From Cylindrospermopsis raciborskii Cr2010 (GTDB taxonomy: Bacteria; Cyanobacteriota; Cyanobacteriia; Cyanobacteriales; Nostocaceae), in assembly GCF_003367075.2 (NCBI RefSeq), contig NZ_CP065936.1, positions 990,001 to 1,022,000 of the forward strand: a DNA stretch of 32,000 bases, in the 5' to 3' direction. The notes under the pieces are model-generated. The model was not told where the DNA came from and did not search any database. It saw nothing but the letters and a program-made list of their open reading frames with translations. Position 1 is the first letter of the stretch; each line of letters starts with the position of its first letter. The position numbers and the translations under genes are program-made. Of the stretch, positions 9,229 to 16,578 are shown piece by piece.

Positions 9229-10538
9229 TGGGTGAGCGCAGTATACTAGAGATTAAGGGCGTTAGCCAGCGGTTTTCCCGCAGCATGCGCCATGCTTTGC
9301 GGTATGGGGTCTATGACATCTTCCAGCAACTCATGCCATCCCAGGGTGATCGGGCCGGACAGCTAAGACCTGGGGAGTTTTGGGCCCTACGTGATGTTAG
9401 TTTTTCCCTCAAGGCCGGGGAGTCATTGGGGATTTTAGGCAATAACGGCGCTGGCAAAAGCACCCTACTGAAGTTAATTGCTGGAATTTATCGGCCCACA
9501 GTCGGACACGTTCGAGTGAGGGGACGCATTGGTGCGATCATCGAGTTGGGCTCAGCTTTTGCCCCCAATCTATCGGGTCGGGAAAATATCCGTCTCCAGG
9601 CCCTGCTCCATGGCTACAGCCCAGGGTTATTACGTCGTCAAATGGAGGATATCCTGGCTTTTGCCGATCTAGGCGACTTTATTGATAGCCCGGTTCAGCA
9701 CTACAGCACCGGCATGCGGGCTCGGCTGGGGTTTGCGGTAGCGGTGCACGGTAACCCCGACCTCTTACTGGTGGATGAGGTACTGGCCGTAGGCGATTTG
9801 TCCTTCCAAAATAAGTGCCTGCGACTGGTAGAAAGGTTTCGCCAACAGGGCGGGGCTGTAGTGTTCGTTGGCCATAATCCTTATCAAATGCAGGCGGCTT
9901 GTGAGCGTGGCATTATCCTCAACCAGGGTTGCATTCACTTCGATGGTTCGATTGTAAATGCCATCGATCTGGTGCTAGATGGCGCTGAATCAGCTTCACA
10001 CCAAGACCCTACTTTGTCTACTGCGGGTCAGTTCCCAATCCAGGCGGCTAGTGATGCCAGCGCTTGCCTCCTCTTTGAGGTAGAAAGTACGGCCATTGCC
10101 TATCAACCACCGATCCCTAAGGCAAGGCACGGATCAGCTACAATAGATTTCACCTTGGTTGTCCACCGATCCCCAATCAGGCTGAACGGGCTAGCTGCCA
10201 TTTTCCCTCAGCAGGGTTCCCATGCGATCGCAGTATCTATCAGCGATGCGGTGGTTTTATCCCCGGGTTTACAAAAACTGACGATGGCAATCCCATCTTT
10301 GCCCCTGATACCTGGCAGTTACCTGGTAAAACTCTGTTTGATCGATGAAAGTACTTCCTTTTCGCTATGGAACCAGGGTTGGTCAGATAGGCCGCTAGAT
10401 TTCCACATCCCTGGAGAAGGATGTTCCCACGGAAATATCGCAAAGTCCCTGTCCTCAAAGATTTTTCTTGCCAGCCAGATTGATGTAGAAACCTCCTTAC
10501 CGGGTGACAAGCGGGTTGAAGATGAGATGTGGCAATAA
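9228..10538 (+). CDS. ABC exporter ATP-binding protein (Wzt/TagH-like) with a ~190-aa C-terminal extra domain
   Basis: Walker A is GNNGAGKST, the signature is YSTGMRARLGFA and Walker B is LLLVDEVLAVGD. The start is set at ATG 9228 (MGERSILEIKGV). The ORF-track start at 8979 lies inside the permease gene. The C-terminal region contains LPLIPGSYLVKLCLID, which resembles Wzt_C. Confidence 0.85.
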   Translation: MGERSILEIKGVSQRFSRSMRHALRYGVYDIFQQLMPSQGDRAGQLRPGEFWALRDVSFSLKAGESLGILGNNGAGKSTLLKLIAGIYRPTVGHVRVRGRIGAIIELGSAFAPNLSGRENIRLQALLHGYSPGLLRRQMEDILAFADLGDFIDSPVQHYSTGMRARLGFAVAVHGNPDLLLVDEVLAVGDLSFQNKCLRLVERFRQQGGAVVFVGHNPYQMQAACERGIILNQGCIHFDGSIVNAIDLVLDGAESASHQDPTLSTAGQFPIQAASDASACLLFEVESTAIAYQPPIPKARHGSATIDFTLVVHRSPIRLNGLAAIFPQQGSHAIAVSISDAVVLSPGLQKLTMAIPSLPLIPGSYLVKLCLIDESTSFSLWNQGWSDRPLDFHIPGEGCSHGNIAKSLSSKIFLASQIDVETSLPGDKRVEDEMWQ

Positions 10539-10604
10539 TTTGAGAAAATAAGGGTGTAAAAAAATAGGGGCAAGGAAGCCCCAAAACAACAAAAGGAGCA
10601 GTCA

Positions 10605-11531
10605 GTGAATCGTTTATTTGCAGACCTGGAATTACAAAAACAGTTCTTGTCTACTGGATATATCCAGGCCCCCATACTCTCTAACCTGGAAGTAAACTAC
10701 CTACTAGGTGAAATTAATAAGCTATGCCCCCATGATAGCTTTAATCCCCACCTGGACAAAAAGTACTATATTACCTACCATTGCACGTCCCTTGATAAAA
10801 ACTTGGATTATAGAAAGAAGGCTTTCGATCTGATAAAAGATATCTTTGAGCCCTATTTAAAGGGTTTCATGCCCGATTTTGAAATCCTGTCCTGTAACTT
10901 TTTTATCAAGCCTCCCTACACAGGGATGTTGAGAATTCACCAGAACTGGCCAGTTCTAGATTTAGATGATACCAGCGTTACACTGTGGTGCCCTTTACAG
11001 GATGTGGATGCCCATAACGGTACCCTGCATCTCGTTCCTGGTAGCCATAAAATTCTTCCCCATGTAGAAAGTATAGAAGCGGCCGTTGGTTTCCCCTACT
11101 TCAAAGACTTCGAAAACGCCCTGGTAGAAAAGTATCTTCAGCCTATGATATTGAAGGCTGGGGAAGGTCTGATCTTTGATGAGTCCTTAATTCATTGGAC
11201 GCCAGCCAATAACTCGAGTAGGCCCCGCATCGCTGTCCAGATTACGGCTTTCCCAAAGAACAAGACTCCCGTTCTATACCTACGTGACAAGCAGCATCCA
11301 GAACGATTTGAGAAATTCGAAATCTCTCCAGAATTCTATCTGACGGAGGAGCTAAACGAGCATGCTGTGCGCCAACATCCGCGCAGGAGTCTGGGATTTG
11401 TAGAGAACAAAAATCGCTCCATATCCGAAGCAGAGTTCATTCAATTACTCAAACAAGGGAATGAGATTCGTCATCAGATCTACGCCAGAAAACAACTTTT
11501 TAACTCCGAGGAAATTCCATGCGAAATATAA
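10605..11531 (+). CDS. PhyH-fold (phytanoyl-CoA dioxygenase family) Fe/2OG-oxygenase-like protein, paralogue 1
   Basis: It has a GTG start with an AAAGGAG RBS. Family blocks are VTLWCPLQDVDAHNGTLHLVPGSHK and FDESLIHWTPANNSSRPR. The HxD position reads H112-Q-N114. Confidence 0.7.
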   Translation: MNRLFADLELQKQFLSTGYIQAPILSNLEVNYLLGEINKLCPHDSFNPHLDKKYYITYHCTSLDKNLDYRKKAFDLIKDIFEPYLKGFMPDFEILSCNFFIKPPYTGMLRIHQNWPVLDLDDTSVTLWCPLQDVDAHNGTLHLVPGSHKILPHVESIEAAVGFPYFKDFENALVEKYLQPMILKAGEGLIFDESLIHWTPANNSSRPRIAVQITAFPKNKTPVLYLRDKQHPERFEKFEISPEFYLTEELNEHAVRQHPRRSLGFVENKNRSISEAEFIQLLKQGNEIRHQIYARKQLFNSEEIPCEI

Positions 11532-12391
11532 TCTCGAATCAGAGTCAAAACTCCCATCTGATTGAGAAGGGCTATGTTCAGCATCAGCTTTTATCAGCAT
11601 CGGAAATTCAGTATTTATTGGGTGAGGTTCGTAAGCTTTATCCCGAAAGTATGTTTCTACCCAAAGCAGATGAATCTTCTGATCCTGACATTACGACGAG
11701 CTATCTGGCTAGTGATATAGCCCTGCGGGAACAGGTATCTCAAATTATCCGGGAAACCCTGTCCCCCCACCTAGACACCCTGCTGGAGAATTACCGTATT
11801 CTTGCCTGTGGATTATTTGTTAAGGCCCCAAAGGGTGGATGGTTTGATCTGCATTATCACCCAACTGCTGTTGAAGATCTAAAACACTGGGTTATTGATA
11901 TCTGGTGTCCTTTACAGGAAACCGATTTTTCCAACGGTACATTTTGTGCTGTTCCCGGAAGTCATAAAATCTTTCCCAGGATTATTGACTGCTCTCCCCA
12001 AGATCCTCCTTTTTACCAAGGCTATGCTGAGGAGATTCGTCATCAGTATTCGGTGGCGATACCGGCAAAAGCCGGAGAAGCTATTCTGTTTGAAGACAGT
12101 TTGCTCCACTGGTCTCCACAAAATTTGACAGATTCACCCCGCTATGCGATTCACTGTACCTGTATTCCCAGGGAAGCAACAGCCGTTTATATTTATCTTA
12201 ATCCAGGGGATTCTAAATTTGAAATCTATGAAGTCACCGATCAGTTTTTTATTGAACGCACACCTTCAACCGAGCATGATAACCTGAAACTGCTGGCAAT
12301 TTTGCCTAATAAAAATCCTTCCTACACCTTTGAGGAGTTTAAAGAGAGAATGGAAAATTGTAATACAATTAGGAAATCGATGTTTTGTTGA
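11519..12391 (+). CDS. PhyH-fold oxygenase-like protein, paralogue 2
   Basis: It overlaps the upstream gene by 13 nt. Family blocks are IDIWCPLQETDFSNGTFCAVPGSHK and FEDSLLHWSPQNLTDSPR. The HxD position reads H112-Y-H114. Confidence 0.7.
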   Translation: MRNIISNQSQNSHLIEKGYVQHQLLSASEIQYLLGEVRKLYPESMFLPKADESSDPDITTSYLASDIALREQVSQIIRETLSPHLDTLLENYRILACGLFVKAPKGGWFDLHYHPTAVEDLKHWVIDIWCPLQETDFSNGTFCAVPGSHKIFPRIIDCSPQDPPFYQGYAEEIRHQYSVAIPAKAGEAILFEDSLLHWSPQNLTDSPRYAIHCTCIPREATAVYIYLNPGDSKFEIYEVTDQFFIERTPSTEHDNLKLLAILPNKNPSYTFEEFKERMENCNTIRKSMFC

Positions 12392-12459
12392 ATTTCAAAC
12401 CTAGCTAACCTTACCCATAAATTTGATTAGGTATAAACTAATACTTTCGGGAAATAGAT

Positions 12460-14397
12460 ATGCGTCAAGTTATTCGAGACAAGGACCTAAACCACCTGCT
12501 CCTCAAGAGAGGGTATATTCAGCAACCACTGCTACTAGACTCGGAAGTTAGTTATTTGCTAGAGGAGACTCAGAAAGCCTATCCTGAAAGTAGGTTTTCT
12601 CCCGATAAAGCCAATATTTCCCAGTCCTATGTCGCCAACAGTTACACAGATCAATCGGAGGAAGTCCGTGCGATTGGTCCTAAGATTATACAGAATATTT
12701 TATCGCCCCATATCGAGGATCTACTGGATGACTACCGGATTCTCTACTGCGGGCTATTCGTTAAAGCTCCAAGGGGTGGCTGGCTGGATATTCATTATCA
12801 TCCAACCGTAGTGGAGGATTTAAAGCACTGGATCATCGATATCTGGTGTCCATTGCTGGATACAGACCTATCTAATGGCACCCTCTGTGTTGTTCCGGAG
12901 AGCCATAAAATCTTCCCAGAGGTTATTGACTATCCTTCCGAGACGGCTCTTTTTTGTCGAGACTATAAGCGAAATATTCGTGAAAAGTATTCCATTGCCC
13001 TGCCATCAAAAGCTGGGCATGGGGTGATTTTTGAAGATAGTTTACTCCATTGGTCACCCCAGAATTTGACAAATTCTGCCCGTTACGCGGTTCATTGCAC
13101 CTGTATTCCTAGAGAAGCAATTGCTGTTCATATTCATTTTGACTCCAGGTCTCCTCAACAGTTTGAAATCTATGAAGGGACAGATAAATTTTTTGAAGAA
13201 GAATTTGGTAGACCCGTACCACGACCTGGGGATCTAAAGCTACTTAAAATTATTCCTAATCAGAATCGTCCCTACGGGTTTGAAGAGTTTCAAGAGCGCA
13301 TGGGGAATGCAGCCCAACTGCGCCAAGAACTTTATCCAGATAGTTACTATGTTTCTCCGGTAGAATTTGCTAACCTGCTTCAGAAAGAGCAGGAAATGTA
13401 CCGGGAAGTTCACTATCCTATCCCGATCTCTGAGGAATTAGCTGCAGAGCCTATCCTCATGGATGCGGCTACGCGGTTATTAAATGGTCCACCGCAGGAG
13501 GTACAACCCCAAACAGCCAAGATACCACCCTTACTGAGCCGCATCACTGCCACTGTCAAGCGGTTACTTAGGGCGCAGTCTCGGTCAACGCGGAACATTT
13601 CCCAGCCGTCCGAGGTGGTTCGGGATGTACGTTCCCCTGTTAACCAACATACCGTTGCCGATGTTAAACGCTACTACGAAAAATGGACCCGTAGCTATAT
13701 CGAAGGTTTTGGAGAGGTTTTTCAGGGATCAAGACCCACCTCTACGGACGAATTGCTTGAGTATTTGATTCAATCCGCCAGGTTAGAAGATGGGATTAGG
13801 GTCTTAGACGCGGGTTGTGGAGTGTGTGGACCAGCCATTAGATTTGCTGAACAGTTTAACTTAAATATTGAAGCCCTCACCCTTGCCCAGGTGCAGGTTG
13901 AGGAATCTCAAAAACGCATTAAAGCTAAGGGATTGGAACACCAGATTAATGTCAGGCAGGGCGATTTTCATCACCTGGCTCAGTTGTATCCGGCTAACAG
14001 TTTTGACCGAGTCCTATTTCTGGAATCCTTATGCCATGCTGAAGATTATCGTCGAGCTTTAGAACAGGCTAAAAAGGTCCTTAAACCGGGTGGCTTTCTC
14101 TATATCAAGGATTTTTACGCCGTTGATCACCGTTCTTGCCCTGAGTTACTGGAGTTACATGCTAAAGATCTACGGGAGTTAAACCGAATCTACTGCCTGG
14201 TAATGCCAGATCTTCCAGGTATGGTAGATATAATCAGCGAGTTAGGATTTGACATCTATTACATGCGTAAGCCTATGTATGCCTATTCTCCGGCGGCATG
14301 GAAAAACTTTATGCGGCATACCAATACCTTTTGGGTTAGAGAGTCAGGAAAGGCGATCGAAGACATTGAATTTCTGGCCTATAAGCCCTTGAATTGA
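12460..14397 (+). CDS. Fusion protein: N-terminal PhyH-fold domain (paralogue 3) + linker + C-terminal class I SAM-dependent methyltransferase
   Basis: The first ~290 aa closely parallel paralogue 2 (IDIWCPLLDTDLSNGTLCVVPESHK; FEDSLLHWSPQNLTNSAR). The C-terminus has SAM motif I VLDAGCGVCGP, the acidic loop and KPGGFLYIKDF. Confidence 0.75.
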   Translation: MRQVIRDKDLNHLLLKRGYIQQPLLLDSEVSYLLEETQKAYPESRFSPDKANISQSYVANSYTDQSEEVRAIGPKIIQNILSPHIEDLLDDYRILYCGLFVKAPRGGWLDIHYHPTVVEDLKHWIIDIWCPLLDTDLSNGTLCVVPESHKIFPEVIDYPSETALFCRDYKRNIREKYSIALPSKAGHGVIFEDSLLHWSPQNLTNSARYAVHCTCIPREAIAVHIHFDSRSPQQFEIYEGTDKFFEEEFGRPVPRPGDLKLLKIIPNQNRPYGFEEFQERMGNAAQLRQELYPDSYYVSPVEFANLLQKEQEMYREVHYPIPISEELAAEPILMDAATRLLNGPPQEVQPQTAKIPPLLSRITATVKRLLRAQSRSTRNISQPSEVVRDVRSPVNQHTVADVKRYYEKWTRSYIEGFGEVFQGSRPTSTDELLEYLIQSARLEDGIRVLDAGCGVCGPAIRFAEQFNLNIEALTLAQVQVEESQKRIKAKGLEHQINVRQGDFHHLAQLYPANSFDRVLFLESLCHAEDYRRALEQAKKVLKPGGFLYIKDFYAVDHRSCPELLELHAKDLRELNRIYCLVMPDLPGMVDIISELGFDIYYMRKPMYAYSPAAWKNFMRHTNTFWVRESGKAIEDIEFLAYKPLN

Positions 14398-14479
14398 TTA
14401 TTCGTGTTGCTTCCAGGAGTTAGCTTAAATCCCTGGTGTCAGATTTTAAAGAGATAGAGAGTGCAGCCGTTTCACCACT

Positions 14480-14496
14480 AAAGGCTTTGCCTTTTT
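14480..14496 (+). terminator. Weak intrinsic terminator candidate after the fusion gene
   Basis: AAAGGC-TTT-GCCTTT hairpin followed by TT. The stem is short and AT-rich. Confidence 0.25.
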
Positions 14497-14703
14497 AAAG
14501 AAAAGAATTAGCTACGTTAGTGGATTTTGTCAACCGGTTAGTATCTCCTTCCTTAGACAATGGGAATCACAAGAAAATCGCCGGCACGGAAGCCACTTGG
14601 CTTTAGACAGGAAGTGCCAACCGCGAATTTATTCGCCTTGATATTTAACCGTGATGCGGATCTTCAATATTCCAGTGTTGTCTTCATGTTGTTTCGTGGC
14701 TGC

Positions 14704-14733
14704 TATTGACAAGTAAATCATATCTCAACTATA
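14704..14733 (+). promoter_or_regulatory. Promoter candidate of the TnpB relic (TTGACA-18 nt-TATACT)
   Basis: There are near-consensus -35 and -10 hexamers ~35 nt upstream of the MYGCQQ start. Confidence 0.45.
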
Positions 14734-14736
14734 CTT

Positions 14737-15342
14737 TTGAAATCAACAAACATTGAGGGTCGAACAATGTACGGATGCCAACAAGTTCTTATCAAGTCCG
14801 ATAAATCAATAACAGCGATATTGGAGTACGTCTGCACAGAAGCTAAAAAGCTGACAAATTGTGGCGTTTACTATTCTAGGCAGATGTACTTTATTGAAAA
14901 TAAGATTGGTGCTATTGTTTTTGGATGGAATAAAGGACAAAAAGATAGTATTGATTTAGGGTCTAAAAACAATCAGAAGTTTGTGCAAATTCCCACAGCA
15001 AGATTAAAAGACCGTATTGCTCAATTATGTAAACAATACGGAATAGATTTTATTGAAACAGAAGAATCATACACTTCTCAATCATCGTTTTTTGATTGCG
15101 ACAATATACCTAAATTCGGTGAAAAACCCGAAGGGTGGGAAGCAAGCGGGAAACGAGTTAGTCGTGGAGTATATCAAACTTCTGATGGGTTCAAAATTAA
15201 TGCGGACTGTAATGGTGCTGCTAATATTTTGAAAAAAGTAGCGGTGATGCTAGGAATTGATCTTAGCGGAATCAGTAGAGGCTGTTTAAGCCAGCCTCAG
15301 AAAGTTCGTTTATGGACTCTTCAGAAATCTCCGTGTCTTTAG
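14737..15342 (+). pseudogene. tnpB: IS200/IS605-family TnpB (OrfB) relic with a large in-frame internal deletion
   Basis: The N-terminus MYGCQQVLIKSDK...YYSRQMYF (likely true start ATG 14767) is joined directly to the C-terminal RuvC-II/III region. That region reads GWNKGQKD...NQKFVQIPTARLKDRI...ETEESYTSQ...NADCNGAANILKKV. The ORF is ~200 aa against ~400 aa for intact homologues. No tnpA is present. Confidence 0.75.
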
Positions 15343-15400
15343 ACCGGAGAAGCTTAATGATTTTTATAACCTGACCCTCAAAAACCAAAGTATTGGATAG

Positions 15401-16441
15401 ATGCCCATGTATAAATACTTGAAGATTAACCAATGGTGGGGCAACAAGATCAGTCCCCTAATGGCCTATGCCTTTCTGGGTGTATCTCATGATTCGACTC
15501 AACCGTCTGCCCTCTCCCTGACGGTGCAGTTACTGCTGTTTTTGCTGGCCTGTTTTGGCATTGCTGGTTTCGGTCATCTCTTTCTTGATGCCTTTGATCA
15601 GCGGGAGGATCGCCTGAACGGTAAGTCCAATGGCTGGCTGAGCCTAGGTAAGGTCAAGGCTAGCCTGGTACTTTCTTTACTGTTTATAACGGCCTGGCTG
15701 CCACTCTACTTTCTCCCCCATTGGGCCACGGTACGGTGGCTGGTGGCCGGAGAGTTTATCCTATTTATAATCTATGCCGTGCCACCTTTGCGGTTTAAGG
15801 AACGGGGCATGCCAGGCATTATTGTTGATGGCCTCTATGGCTATGTAATGCCTGCCCTTGTAGCTTGGACGATATTTGCTCCTGAACCTCAAGGATTATC
15901 AGCTTTTACCTATCCGGTATGCCTGCTGCTCTGGCTGCTTCCCAAGGGTATACGCCATATACTGCGTCATCAGTACTATGATTTTGATGGCGATTGTGGG
16001 GCCGGAGTTAGCACCTTTGCCGTGCGCCATGGTCGCACCGCCACCCTAAAGGTGATTCAAAACTATCTGCTGCCCATTGAGCTGCCGGCTATGGTGCTGG
16101 CGCTGACGGTGCTTTCCTGGCCAATGATTTTACCTATGATTGGCTTCATGGCCTTTTCCGGTTGGGAATGGAGAGTGCTGCGTCAACAGTGGCTGCAGCC
16201 CGTACCCCCGCCCCGTCTCTGGAAACCGATTGAATGGTCAGAATGGCTGGGTATGCGGTTCCTGTCTACCTTCACCGAACTCCTGCTACCCCTGCTTTCT
16301 CTATGGGTTATGTTACTGCGCCATCCATCCCTATGGCCCCTGTCATTGGTTTACCTCCTGATTGCCGGTTGGCCCTTAAAGCTCTGGTGGGGTGAAGTGA
16401 GTCCCCTGGTATTGAAACGATTCGATGGAGCCCAGCGATGA
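15401..16441 (+). CDS. UbiA-superfamily prenyltransferase-like integral membrane protein
   Basis: The protein is multi-pass. The first Asp-rich motif is LDAFDQREDRLNGK (DxxDxxxD). YAVPPLRFKERG follows. The second motif is YDFDGDCGAGVSTFAVRHG. Confidence 0.7.
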   Translation: MPMYKYLKINQWWGNKISPLMAYAFLGVSHDSTQPSALSLTVQLLLFLLACFGIAGFGHLFLDAFDQREDRLNGKSNGWLSLGKVKASLVLSLLFITAWLPLYFLPHWATVRWLVAGEFILFIIYAVPPLRFKERGMPGIIVDGLYGYVMPALVAWTIFAPEPQGLSAFTYPVCLLLWLLPKGIRHILRHQYYDFDGDCGAGVSTFAVRHGRTATLKVIQNYLLPIELPAMVLALTVLSWPMILPMIGFMAFSGWEWRVLRQQWLQPVPPPRLWKPIEWSEWLGMRFLSTFTELLLPLLSLWVMLLRHPSLWPLSLVYLLIAGWPLKLWWGEVSPLVLKRFDGAQR

Positions 16442-16569
16442 CTTCCCAGGTCTTACTTCACCCCGTTATCAAGGTTCCGGCAGATGTCCTGGAGCGGTTT
16501 CGAGGTAAGGCATCGCTTCTAGCGACCGATCCTGTATACGCCCCCTATAGGGCTGAATACCTAAACTAA
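16438..16569 (+). CDS. Hypothetical 43-aa small ORF, translationally coupled (ATGA overlap) to the UbiA-like gene
   Basis: ATG 16438 overlaps the TGA at 16439-16441. The ORF (MTSQVLLHPVIKVPADVLERFRGKASLLATDPVYAPYRAEYLN) fills almost all of the spacer before the GT4 gene. It is below the ORF-track length cutoff and I recognise no homology. Confidence 0.25.
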   Translation: MTSQVLLHPVIKVPADVLERFRGKASLLATDPVYAPYRAEYLN

Positions 16570-16578
16570 GGAGACGAT

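Noticed and set aside
10567-10582. GGGGC-AAGGAA-GCCCC hairpin between the Wzt-like gene and PhyH-1 as a terminator
   Set aside because: No U-tract follows it (AAAAC follows instead), and the downstream gene has its own RBS 15 nt later. It is more likely an intra-operon stabilising hairpin, if it is anything.
10605-14397. PhyH-fold paralogues 1-3 as SyrB2-type Fe/2OG halogenases, because the HxD Asp is missing
   Set aside because: Halogenases have Ala or Gly at that position to open a halide site. These proteins have Asn or His. No carrier-protein or NRPS partner is nearby.
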